Part shown: one piece after another, positions 10,648-19,747 of the stretch | Position numbering within the stretch: the stretch's first letter is position 1 | How the letters are laid out: each line of letters begins with the position of its first letter | Assembly (NCBI GenBank): GCA_044229845.1 | Contig: JBGASG010000003.1 | Coordinates: 416,001-480,000, forward strand | Direction: 5' to 3' | DNA: 64,000 nt | Origin: Candidatus Obscuribacteraceae bacterium | Lineage (GTDB): Bacteria; Cyanobacteriota; Vampirovibrionia; Obscuribacterales; Obscuribacteraceae | Translations under genes and position numbers: made by a program | Notes under the pieces: generated by a model | What the model saw: only the letters and a program-made list of their open reading frames with translations | What the model was told of the DNA's origin: nothing | Databases searched by the model: none

Positions 10648-11814
10648 TCAGCGGGCGTGCGCCAGGTTTCGTTCCTTCCGCGTAAATTCGACGCCGCGCT
10701 TGCGCATTTCCTCAAGAAACCGTTTGGTGGGAATGGCCGTTTCTTGAGCGAGTGTGCCGCGACTGGTGATCTCATTGTCTGCCACCATCTGGGCGATGAT
10801 CGAAGCGGGGAATGCTGTAGTGCGCATCATCGCCGAGAGTCCGGTTTTCTCGTCCATGTAGTCGATTGCTTCCCAAACGATCTCTGCAGGCTCGCCCTGT
10901 CTCATGCCCAGAACGCTGACGCGCACCAGCACCACATCAGTTTCTTCCTTGGGCAGCTTCTGGGACAGTAAGGAGGCCAGCACCGCACGTGGTGGTACGG
11001 AGATCTGATTATTGAGGCGCACCGAGCGACTGTCCATCAGTCCCAGATCGCGCAGCAGGCGCACCTGCTGGCAGTGTCCGGGATAGCGAATAGCCTTATA
11101 GTCCAGATGTTTCACTTTGTCACCCAAAGTGGTGGGCAAAGTCGAGATGCCGCCGGAAGTATTGAAAGCTTCCATGACGCCGAACGGCTGCGGAAATTCG
11201 AGGGTCTCCACATCGGAGAGCGAGGGGACGCGCATCAATTTGCCTTCTCTGATGACGGTGACGTCCTCGGTGTACTCGTTAATCAATCCATCGACCGAGT
11301 AGAAGAGGGCATAGTTCAGGGGAGGTCGGGGCTCCGCCGGCAAACCGCCGACACGCAGCCTGATCTCTGTGACTTCGTCGAATTCCTGCACTGCGTCCGC
11401 AGCCAGAATTGACACCATTCCCGGTGCCAGTCCGCAATCAGGAATAATCGCTACGTTTTTTTCCCGGGCCATTTCATCGAGCAAGAACTCTTTGCGCACG
11501 ACATCTTCGTTGCCGCCCAGATCAACGAAGTGAGCCCCGGCTTCCATTGCCAGTTTCGCCAGGTCGTAGTTGTGTTTGTAGGTCACACAACTGATCGCCA
11601 CGTCGCAAGCCGACATTAGCATAGCCGACTCATCGAGGTCGGCCACATCCGCCACCACCATAGCGATGCGCTTGTCTGGCCACTGCTGGTAGATGCGCTC
11701 CAACTGTTTCTCATCGGTATCGCAGATCATGATCTGCGTGGCGGAGCTGTTGTGCACCAGGTCGTACACGACCGCGTATCCCATCCGACCGGCCCCGAGA
11801 ACGAGGAACCTCAT
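10648..11814 (-). CDS. Saccharopine dehydrogenase family protein, lysine 6-dehydrogenase-like
   Basis: LVLGAGRMG, VDLGG, PDCGLAPG, VGGLP..P.PPLNY, EAFNTSGG.STL, IRYPGH and AMMRTTAF, resembling Geobacillus LysDH as I recall it. Confidence 0.85.
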   Translation of the reverse strand: MRFLVLGAGRMGYAVVYDLVHNSSATQIMICDTDEKQLERIYQQWPDKRIAMVVADVADLDESAMLMSACDVAISCVTYKHNYDLAKLAMEAGAHFVDLGGNEDVVRKEFLLDEMAREKNVAIIPDCGLAPGMVSILAADAVQEFDEVTEIRLRVGGLPAEPRPPLNYALFYSVDGLINEYTEDVTVIREGKLMRVPSLSDVETLEFPQPFGVMEAFNTSGGISTLPTTLGDKVKHLDYKAIRYPGHCQQVRLLRDLGLMDSRSVRLNNQISVPPRAVLASLLSQKLPKEETDVVLVRVSVLGMRQGEPAEIVWEAIDYMDEKTGLSAMMRTTAFPASIIAQMVADNEITSRGTLAQETAIPTKRFLEEMRKRGVEFTRKERNLAHAR

Positions 11815-11889
11815 ACTTACCTTACCTCACTCCTGACTGACGGAAGGACACTGGCGGACGGACTGACGAACCAACTTGAACGACGGAAC

Positions 11890-12681
11890 CTAATTGACGG
11901 AGCGGCGCTTGCCGCCGTCCACGACGATTGTCTGTCCTGTTATGTAAGAAGCCGGCTGCGACACCAGAAACGTCACCACCGAGGCAAATTCTTCCGGCTT
12001 GCCTAACCGGCGAGCAGGGATCGATTCGACATAGTCGCTCATGAAGTCTGCTTTGCTCTTGCCGGTTTTTTCGGCACGCGCGTTCAACAGGTGATCCGTG
12101 CGGTCAGTTTGGATCATGCCAGGCGCCACGCAATTGACCGTGATATTGTGACTGGCCACCTCGTCGCTGAGGGTCTTGGACATAGCCGTGACGGCCGAAC
12201 GAATCGCGTTTGAAATCGCCAGGTTGGCAATCGGCTCGATCACGCTCAGCGAAGTGACGACTATAATGCGGCCCCAGTTCTGTTTCTTCATGTGCGGCAC
12301 AAAAGCCAGATTGAGATGCGCCGTGCTCTTAAATAGCTGGTCGAAGCCGTCTTGCCACTGCTCCAGCGGAGTTTCTTCAGCGGCGGTAGCCGGTGGTCCG
12401 CCGACATTGTGAATGACGATGTCGGGGGCACCGAGGTTGGCGACGACGTTTGCCACCAGTGCATTGCGCGATTCTTCGGACTTCAGATCGCAAGCTGCGT
12501 AGTGAACCTTAGCGCCGGTAAGAACGCCGATTTCCTCGGACACCTTGACCAGCTCCTCTTCCTTGCGCGCACAGATAAACAGTTCGGCGCCTTCTTGCGC
12601 GAGCGACATCGCAATCGCCCGTCCCAGTCCCTGAGAGGCTGCGCAAACGAGTGCTTTCTTTTTTTCCAGACCTAGTTTCAT
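11890..12681 (-). CDS. SDR family oxidoreductase (atypical active site)
   Basis: CAASQGLG Rossmann motif, VNCVAPG, SYITGQ.IVVDGG; SNAIR in place of YxxxK. Confidence 0.88.
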   Translation of the reverse strand: MKLGLEKKKALVCAASQGLGRAIAMSLAQEGAELFICARKEEELVKVSEEIGVLTGAKVHYAACDLKSEESRNALVANVVANLGAPDIVIHNVGGPPATAAEETPLEQWQDGFDQLFKSTAHLNLAFVPHMKKQNWGRIIVVTSLSVIEPIANLAISNAIRSAVTAMSKTLSDEVASHNITVNCVAPGMIQTDRTDHLLNARAEKTGKSKADFMSDYVESIPARRLGKPEEFASVVTFLVSQPASYITGQTIVVDGGKRRSVN

Positions 12682-12682
12682 T

Positions 12683-14158
12683 TTATGGAGTCACCTTGTA
12701 CTTGTAGCAGATGGTCTTCACTTCTGAAAAGAAGTCCAGTCCGTAGCGGCCGCCTTCTCTGCCGATGCCGCTGGCTTTTTGACCGCCGAAGGGAGTTCTC
12801 AGATCGCGCGCGAACCAGCAATTGACCCAGAGTATGCCGGTGCGGATGCGCTGCGACACGCGGTGGCAGCGATTGACGTCGGTGCTCCAGATGCTGGTGG
12901 AAAGCCCGTAAGCAGTGCTGTTGGCCATGCCCACCACTTCCTCTTCCGTCTTGAAAGAGATGACCGGCAACACAGGTCCGAATATCTCTTCCTGGCAAAA
13001 CCGCGAATCGTATTTGAGATCGCAAAAGAGAGCCGGTTTCAAGAACAGTCCCTCAGGAAAATCCGGGTGCCGCTCGCCGCCCACCAGAAGCTTTCCTTCC
13101 TTCGTGCCCATGTCGATGTAGCTTTGTACTTTCTCCAGTTGTTCTTTGCTGATGATCGCGCCCATCTGCGTCTTGGGGTCGAGCGGATCGCCTACCTTAA
13201 TAGTGCTGACCTGGGTGGTGAGAGCATCGAGAACCTTCTTGTAGACACCTTCCTGCACAAAGAGTCGCGAACCGGCAAGACAGATCTGCCCCTGATTGCG
13301 ATAAGCGGCACGCACCGCCGTCGGTATCGCCTCACTGAGATCTGCGTCATCGAAGATAATGTTGGCGCCTTTGCCACCCAGTTCGAACGAGACCTTTTTG
13401 AGGCTGTCCGCAGCTACTCTCATGATCGCTTTGCCGGTGGTGGTTTCGCCGGTAAACGAGATGCTCGCCACATCAGGGTGACGAGTGAGCGCTTCGCCGG
13501 CGCTGGCGGCGCCGAACCCATGTACGACGTTGAGAACGCCGGGTGGTAAACCGGCTTCTTTGATGATGTGACCCAGCAAGTAGGCGGTATAGGGTGTCCA
13601 CTCCGCTGGTTTCAAGACGCAGGAGTTGCCCATCGCCAGGCAAGGAGCAATTTTCCAGGTAGCCAGATAAAGCGGCAAGTTCCAGGGTGTAATCAGGGCG
13701 CACACGCCCAGAGGTTCTCGCACCGCAAAATGGCGCTCAGCTTCCGACACGGTGAAGCACTCTTCCGTAAGTGCCGGCGCATACTCTGCGAAAAAGTGGA
13801 AATTCTGAGCGGCTCTCGGTATGTCTCCGTCAAGGCTCTCGGCAATCGGCTTGCCGGTGTCCATCGACTCCGCGCGGGCCAACACCTCACGATGGGCGAG
13901 GATCAGATCGCCGATTTTGCGCAATACAGCGCAGCGCTCTCGTAAAGACATGCGGGCCCACGGACCCTTATCGAAAGCTTCTTTAGCGGCCGAGACCGCC
14001 GCGTCGATATCGGCGGCGCCGCCACTGGCGACGGTGGCAATCACCTTGCCGGTGGCCGGGTTGACCGTCTCGAAGGTGTCTTTGGAAACGGAGGGACGAA
14101 ACTCGCCGTTAATAAAGTGGAGAAACGACTTTTCTTGGGCTGCACTGGCAACTGTCAT
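12683..14158 (-). CDS. 2-aminomuconate/2-hydroxymuconate 6-semialdehyde dehydrogenase (AmnC/NbaE, ALDH8-like)
   Basis: DIPRAAQNFHFFA, PWNLPL, FTGET.TG, ELGGK, NQGQICLAGSR, EEIFGPV, RDLRTPFGG; position in the kynurenine cluster. Confidence 0.9.
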   Translation of the reverse strand: MTVASAAQEKSFLHFINGEFRPSVSKDTFETVNPATGKVIATVASGGAADIDAAVSAAKEAFDKGPWARMSLRERCAVLRKIGDLILAHREVLARAESMDTGKPIAESLDGDIPRAAQNFHFFAEYAPALTEECFTVSEAERHFAVREPLGVCALITPWNLPLYLATWKIAPCLAMGNSCVLKPAEWTPYTAYLLGHIIKEAGLPPGVLNVVHGFGAASAGEALTRHPDVASISFTGETTTGKAIMRVAADSLKKVSFELGGKGANIIFDDADLSEAIPTAVRAAYRNQGQICLAGSRLFVQEGVYKKVLDALTTQVSTIKVGDPLDPKTQMGAIISKEQLEKVQSYIDMGTKEGKLLVGGERHPDFPEGLFLKPALFCDLKYDSRFCQEEIFGPVLPVISFKTEEEVVGMANSTAYGLSTSIWSTDVNRCHRVSQRIRTGILWVNCWFARDLRTPFGGQKASGIGREGGRYGLDFFSEVKTICYKYKVTP

Positions 14159-14170
14159 GATCACCCTCAC

Positions 14171-14602
14171 TCAGGTTTGTTTGCAAAGAGCAATGGCCTT
14201 GATTTCTATGTAATTGCGTCCGGGCAGGCGAGCTGCCTGTATGGTCGTGCGGGCTGGCGGTTGCGAAAAACCGAAGAATTTCGCGTATACCTGGTTGTAA
14301 CGTGGAAAGTCTTCCATGTTGGCGAGGAAAACCGTAACATCCACCACATCTTCCAGCGTGCAGCCGGCCGCGCGCAAAACCGCGATCAAGTTCTGCAGAC
14401 ACCCTTCTGTCTGCGCCTCGATGTCATAGGCAGTGATCTTGCCGTTTTCATCGAGGGTGATACCACACTCGATACCGCTCTTAGGATCGCGGCAGCCCTG
14501 TCCGGAGACGAACAGGAATGGTCCCGCCTTGACGGCATGTGAGTAGGCGCCGAGCGGACTCGGAGCCTCTTCTTGCAATTGGATGCCCTGACGCTGATAC
14601 AT
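14171..14602 (-). CDS. RidA/YjgF family protein, probable 2-aminomuconate deaminase (AmnD/NbaF)
   Basis: PLGAYSHAV, LFVSGQG, PPARTT, IEIKAIA; adjacent to the semialdehyde dehydrogenase. Confidence 0.85.
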   Translation of the reverse strand: MYQRQGIQLQEEAPSPLGAYSHAVKAGPFLFVSGQGCRDPKSGIECGITLDENGKITAYDIEAQTEGCLQNLIAVLRAAGCTLEDVVDVTVFLANMEDFPRYNQVYAKFFGFSQPPARTTIQAARLPGRNYIEIKAIALCKQT

Positions 14603-14686
14603 TGCCGGAAATACTAGCAAATTCTTTGATCACAGTCCCCGTTTGCTTGCGATAATTTAGCCCCCTGCTCAATTTGGAAATTTGCC

Positions 14687-15202
14687 ATGAAACTGGGAAC
14701 GATCAATTTTCGCAAGTGGATTGATGAACACCGCCATCTTCTGAAGCCACCGGTGGGCAACAAGCTGGTCTGGGAAGACCGCGAGTTCATGATAATGGTG
14801 GTGGGCGGACCCAACTCCCGCACTGACTACCATGTCAATCCCGGCGAGGAATTTTTCTACCAGGTCGAGGGCGACATGGTCCTCAAGATCATTGACAGGG
14901 AAGAAGGCAAGCCTGTCGACATCCCAATCTGTGAAGGGGAAATCTTCCTTCTACCGCCCAACACCCCCCATTCCCCGCGCCGTCCCGCCAACACGGTCGG
15001 ATTGGTTATCGAGCGCCAGCGCAGTGACAAGGAGATGGATGGGTTCATTTGGCACTGTGAAAAGTGCGGCTCCAAGCTCTACGAAGAATTCATGCATGTC
15101 ACGAACCTGGTAACCCAGCTACCGCCCGTATTCGACCGTTTCTACGCCGAGGAAGCCAACTGCGTTTGCAAGCAGTGCGGCGCCAAAATGACGAGGAACT
15201 AA
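14687..15202 (+). CDS. nbaC: 3-hydroxyanthranilate 3,4-dioxygenase
   Basis: LLKPPVGNK, VGGPN.RTDYH, EEFFYQ, PHSP.R; C-terminal CxxC...CxxC rubredoxin-like site. Confidence 0.96.
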   Translation: MKLGTINFRKWIDEHRHLLKPPVGNKLVWEDREFMIMVVGGPNSRTDYHVNPGEEFFYQVEGDMVLKIIDREEGKPVDIPICEGEIFLLPPNTPHSPRRPANTVGLVIERQRSDKEMDGFIWHCEKCGSKLYEEFMHVTNLVTQLPPVFDRFYAEEANCVCKQCGAKMTRN

Positions 15203-15219
15203 TTTCTTTCCAACAGCCG

Positions 15220-16302
15220 ATGCCAAAAATCGACATCCACACTCACATCTTGCCGGAGAAGCTGCCAAGCTTTAAAGACGAGTTCGGCTATGGCGGATTT
15301 ATTACTCTGCAAGAGGGTTCGCGTCCGGGCTTCAAGAATATGGTCGGCGACGATGGCAAGTTCTTCCGCGAAGTCGAGTGCAATTGTTGGGACCCCCAGG
15401 TCCGCCTCAAAGAATGCGAAGAGGCCGCGGTGGACGTGCAGGTGTTGTCCACCGTGCCCGTCATGTTCAGCTACTGGACTCAACCCCAGGACGGTCTGGC
15501 GGTGGCGCAGTTTCTCAACGATCACCTGGCTGAAGTTGTAGAGAGCGATCCGCGGCGCTTCATCGGACTGGGCACCGTACCCCTGCAGAGCCCCGATCTG
15601 GCTGTCAAAGAACTCGAGCGATGCATGAAGGATTTGAATTTCGCCGGCATTCAGATTGGCAGCCACGTCAATCAATGGAACTTAAGCGACGAAAACCTGT
15701 TTCCGTTTTTCCGCAAAGCCGAAGAGTTGGGTGCCGCTCTGTTCGTGCACCCATGGGACATGGTCGGGCAGGAGCGCATGAGCAAATACTGGCTGCCCTG
15801 GCTGGTGGGGATGCCGGCTGAAGGTGCACTGGCCATCGCGTCGATGATCTTCGGTGGCGTGTTTGAAAGACTGCCTGGATTGCGCGTCGCATTTGCTCAC
15901 GGCGGCGGTGCTTTTCCGGGGACCATCGGTCGCCTCGAACACGGCTTTCAGGCGCGTCCGGATCTTTGCGCCATCGACAACGATAAGCCCCCGATCAGCT
16001 ATGCCGGCAAGTTCTGGGTCGACTCACTGGTCCACGATCCGCGCACACTCAGGTACGTGATCGAGATACTAGGTGAAGATAAGATCGCGCTCGGTACCGA
16101 TTATCCGTTTCCTCTGGGAGAGTTGAAAGCGGGTGAAATGATCGAATCGATGGAAGATTTGAGCGCCGGCACTCGCGAAAAACTGCTCTGGCGCAACGCC
16201 ATTGATTGGCTGGGAGTATCGCCGGCCAAGCACGGTCTGCCTGAGGGCGACGCGCACAAGGACGCACTGGCTTCTTCAACACGCACAGGTGATAAGAAAT
16301 GA
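15220..16302 (+). CDS. nbaD: 2-amino-3-carboxymuconate-6-semialdehyde decarboxylase (ACMSD)
   Basis: KIDIHTHILP, QVLSTVPVMFSY, FVHPWDM, WLPWLVGMPAE, AHGGG, GTDYPFPLGE; start at 15220. Confidence 0.94.
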   Translation: MPKIDIHTHILPEKLPSFKDEFGYGGFITLQEGSRPGFKNMVGDDGKFFREVECNCWDPQVRLKECEEAAVDVQVLSTVPVMFSYWTQPQDGLAVAQFLNDHLAEVVESDPRRFIGLGTVPLQSPDLAVKELERCMKDLNFAGIQIGSHVNQWNLSDENLFPFFRKAEELGAALFVHPWDMVGQERMSKYWLPWLVGMPAEGALAIASMIFGGVFERLPGLRVAFAHGGGAFPGTIGRLEHGFQARPDLCAIDNDKPPISYAGKFWVDSLVHDPRTLRYVIEILGEDKIALGTDYPFPLGELKAGEMIESMEDLSAGTREKLLWRNAIDWLGVSPAKHGLPEGDAHKDALASSTRTGDKK

Positions 16303-17603
16303 CTTCGCCACAGACCGCACCAGCGCAGCCGGAAACCAGCTTTCAATCCAACGAAGCCTTCGCCAGAGAGATGGACGCCAAAGATCAGTTGTCCAAATAC
16401 CGCTCTGAATTCTTGATACCACGCACCGAATCCGGTGCGGAGGCGATTTACTTCGCCGGCAACTCACTGGGGCTGCAACCGCGCAAGGCTAAAGAGTACA
16501 TCAACGAAGAACTCGATGACTGGGCGCGCCTGGGTGTGGAAGGGCACTGGGCAGCCAGGCATCCGTGGCTGCCGTATCACGAGTTTCTCACCGAGTCCAC
16601 TGCTCGCCTGGTCGGTGCGCAACCGCAGGAAGTGGTGGTGATGAACACGCTGACGGTCAATTTGCATTTGATGATGGTCAGTTTCTATCGTCCGACCAAA
16701 ACGCGACACAAAATACTGATCGAGGGCAACGCGTTTCCATCCGATCAATATGCAGTCAAGTCGCAGGCACGCTTTCACGGGCTGGACCCGGCGCAGTCGG
16801 TGCTCGAGCTGAAACCGCCGGCCGGCGAACAGACATTTCGTACAGAAGACATTCTTGAACTGATTGAAAAAGAAGGCGACCAGATTGCGCTGGTGCTTCT
16901 CGGAGACGTGAATTACCTCACCGGTCAAGCGTTCGATGTGCCGGCGATTACGAAAGCAGCTCATGCTAAGGGCTGTCAGGTCGGTCTCAATCTCGCTCAC
17001 GGCGCCGGCAATCTGCATCTTCACCTGCATGACTGGGATGTGGATTTCGCGGTCTGGTGCAGCTATAAATACTTGAACTGCGGTCCGGGCGGACTGTCCG
17101 GTTGTTTCGTGAACAGCCGCCATCTGGGGCTGGTCGATATACCTCGCTTTGAAGGCTGGTGGGGGCACGATAAGAAAACAAGATTTCAAATGGGTCCCGA
17201 TTTCCATCCGATTCCGACGGTGGAAGCGTGGCAGCTGAGCAATCCACCGATTTATCCACTCGCGGCCTTGCGGGCATCCATGGAACTTTTCGATGCCGCA
17301 ACGATGAAGGAATTGCGCGCCAAGAGCGTCGTCCTTACGTCATACCTGGCGTTCTTGCTGAAAAGCCTGCCCAATAATTTCTGCACCGTCGTCACGCCGG
17401 ACAACCCGGACGAACGGGGTTGCCAGCTCTCCGTACGGGTCAAAATCTCCCATCCCAAAGAATTGCAAACCAAGCTGGCGGCTGCCGGTGCGGTTTGCGA
17501 CTTCCGCGAACCGGACATCATCCGATGCGCGCCTGTACCGCTGTACAACACATTTCTAGATGCCTATCGTTTCACAAATGTTTTTTCTGAATTTGCAAAA
17601 TGA
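16299..17603 (+). CDS. kynU: Kynureninase
   Basis: YFAGNSLGLQP, AFPSDQYA, AHGAGN, WCSYKYLNCGPG (PLP Lys), GWWGH, LSNPP. Confidence 0.97.
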   Translation: MTSPQTAPAQPETSFQSNEAFAREMDAKDQLSKYRSEFLIPRTESGAEAIYFAGNSLGLQPRKAKEYINEELDDWARLGVEGHWAARHPWLPYHEFLTESTARLVGAQPQEVVVMNTLTVNLHLMMVSFYRPTKTRHKILIEGNAFPSDQYAVKSQARFHGLDPAQSVLELKPPAGEQTFRTEDILELIEKEGDQIALVLLGDVNYLTGQAFDVPAITKAAHAKGCQVGLNLAHGAGNLHLHLHDWDVDFAVWCSYKYLNCGPGGLSGCFVNSRHLGLVDIPRFEGWWGHDKKTRFQMGPDFHPIPTVEAWQLSNPPIYPLAALRASMELFDAATMKELRAKSVVLTSYLAFLLKSLPNNFCTVVTPDNPDERGCQLSVRVKISHPKELQTKLAAAGAVCDFREPDIIRCAPVPLYNTFLDAYRFTNVFSEFAK

Positions 17604-19033
17604 CTGAAGTAAAACAAGAAGACCGAATCGTTATCGTCGGGGGTGGACTGGTGGGATCGCTTCTGGCGATGTTTCTCGCTCGCCGCAACCTTAAGAGCCT
17701 GGTGCTTGAGAAACGCCCCGACATGCGCAAAGAGAAGGTAGCCGCCGGTCGCTCGATCAACCTCGCCATCTCCACCCGCGGCATTCGCGCGCTCAAAGAT
17801 GTCGGACTGGACGACGATATTCTGGCGCAAGCAGTGCCGATGCGCGGACGCATGATTCATCCCATCAAGGGAGAACTGGCGTATCAGCCATACGGCAAGG
17901 ACGATTCCGAGTACATAAACTCCATTTCCCGCGCCGACCTCAACAAGTCTTTGATGACGTTCGCGGAAGAAACGGGACTGGTCGAGTTTCGGTTCAGTCA
18001 GCGCGTCGACGGTATGGATTTCGACAAAGGGCTGCTGAAAGTTCACGACGATCGAGTCGGCGCCGATTGTCACCTGGTATCGCCACTGGTGCTGGGTACG
18101 GACGGATCGGCATCGGCGATTCGCAACGACATGGAGAAGCGGTCGGGTTTCGTCAACCAGGGCTGGCTGCTCGAATACGGCTATAAAGAGCTGGTGATTC
18201 TGCCTGGTCCGGGCGGTTCCTATAAGATGGAAAAGAACGCGCTGCACATCTGGCCGCGGACCACTTATATGTTGATTGCGCTGCCTAATTTCGAGGGCAG
18301 TTATACGTGCACATTGTTCCTTGCCTACAAAGGCGATCCCAGTTTTGAAAAGTTGAGCACGCCGAAACTGGCTCGGGAATTCTTCGAAGAACAATTTCCC
18401 GATGCGCTGGCACTGATGCACGACTTTGAAGAAACATGGGCAGCCAATCCGGTCGGCGAAATGTGGACGGTGAAAAGTGCGCCCTGGTATGTGGGCGGCA
18501 AGGCGCTGATTCTGGGCGATGCGGCACACGGCATCGTGCCGTTCTTCGGGCAAGGCATGAACTGCGGCTTTGAAGATTGTACGGTTTTCGCGCGTTGTCT
18601 GGATGAGCACATCCAGGGCAACGCCAGCCCCGATGTGGCAACCGTCCCCTGGGAGCAAATCTTCGATAAATTCTTCCATCTGCGCAAGCAAAATACCGAC
18701 GCCATTGCCGACATGGCCGTCGAGAATTTTGTCGAAATGCGCGACAAAGTCGGGCAGCCACGTTTCCTGCTGGAGAAGAGCGTCGAAAAAGTTTTGCAGC
18801 GCGAATTCCCAGGACAATACATCAGCCGCTACGCGCTCGTCACGTTCAGTTCGGTTCCTTATAAACTGGCTCTGGATGTAGGCGCCATCGAGCAAGAGAT
18901 CATGAATGAGTTGTGCGACGGCATCGAGCATGCCGATCAGGTCGACCTGGTTAAAGCCAAAGCTCTGATCGACACGCGTCTTGCCCACATGTTGACCCCG
19001 TATTTGAAAGAACTGACGTCGGCGTCGCGATAA
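17600..19033 (+). CDS. kmo: Kynurenine 3-monooxygenase
   Basis: IVGGGLVG, GRSINLAIS.RG, YGYKEL, ALHIWPR, IALPN, GDAAHGIVPFFGQGMNCGFED, ENFVEMRD. Confidence 0.96.
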   Translation: MTEVKQEDRIVIVGGGLVGSLLAMFLARRNLKSLVLEKRPDMRKEKVAAGRSINLAISTRGIRALKDVGLDDDILAQAVPMRGRMIHPIKGELAYQPYGKDDSEYINSISRADLNKSLMTFAEETGLVEFRFSQRVDGMDFDKGLLKVHDDRVGADCHLVSPLVLGTDGSASAIRNDMEKRSGFVNQGWLLEYGYKELVILPGPGGSYKMEKNALHIWPRTTYMLIALPNFEGSYTCTLFLAYKGDPSFEKLSTPKLAREFFEEQFPDALALMHDFEETWAANPVGEMWTVKSAPWYVGGKALILGDAAHGIVPFFGQGMNCGFEDCTVFARCLDEHIQGNASPDVATVPWEQIFDKFFHLRKQNTDAIADMAVENFVEMRDKVGQPRFLLEKSVEKVLQREFPGQYISRYALVTFSSVPYKLALDVGAIEQEIMNELCDGIEHADQVDLVKAKALIDTRLAHMLTPYLKELTSASR

Positions 19034-19039
19034 GGAACA

Positions 19040-19747
19040 TTGACTATGAGTTCTGCAGAACTGACAGATTCCATGGCATCCACCTTGTCTGGAAACAAGC
19101 TGCGCATCATCGATATTTCCCAGCCGGTCACGTCCACCTCGGCATGTTTTCCCGGCGATGTGCCGTTCAGCAAACATATGACTCTCACATACGCCGATTC
19201 CCAGATCATCAACTTAACGGCGCTGACCATGAGCCCGCACGTCGGAACCCACGCTGATGCCCCATCGCACATCGGCGGCGACATGGACGCCCTTGATGCC
19301 ATGGCCGGTGCCATGCCGCTGGCACCATACATCGGCGAATGTTTCGTTATCGATGCCGCCCCTTTCAAGAAAGGCTTGCCGTCGGTGCTCCTCGAAGAGA
19401 AACTCACTGACATGCAACGCATTCCGGAGCGCATCTTGTTTCGCACGCAGATCGTCATCAACTACGATGTTTTCGAAGACGAGTATGCCTACTTCACAGT
19501 CAAACTCGTAGAGAAAGCGAAACAATTCGGCATCAGGCTACTCGGCATCGACACCCCATCAGTGGATCAAACGACATCGAAGACCCTGGAGACGCACCAC
19601 GCGCTGGAAGCCGGCGGCATGAGCTGGCTGGAGAATCTGGACCTGACGCGTGTTGCCGAAGGCCGCTATTTCCTGGTGGCACTGCCGCTCAAGTTTATGG
19701 AACTGGAGGCATCACCGGTGCGAGCCGTGCTGTTGGGAACTCCCTGA
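19040..19747 (+). CDS. kynB: Kynurenine formamidase (cyclase family)
   Basis: IDISQPV, HVGTHADAP.H, GIDTPSVD, LENLDL, ASPVRAVL. Confidence 0.9.
   Translation: MTMSSAELTDSMASTLSGNKLRIIDISQPVTSTSACFPGDVPFSKHMTLTYADSQIINLTALTMSPHVGTHADAPSHIGGDMDALDAMAGAMPLAPYIGECFVIDAAPFKKGLPSVLLEEKLTDMQRIPERILFRTQIVINYDVFEDEYAYFTVKLVEKAKQFGIRLLGIDTPSVDQTTSKTLETHHALEAGGMSWLENLDLTRVAEGRYFLVALPLKFMELEASPVRAVLLGTP

Noticed and set aside
17564..19177. 537-aa ORF antisense to kmo, and similar long antisense ORFs opposite accC, the aldehyde dehydrogenase, gyrB and glmS
   Set aside because: They lie opposite well-conserved genes and have no motifs. Such shadow ORFs are expected from codon bias in GC-rich coding DNA.
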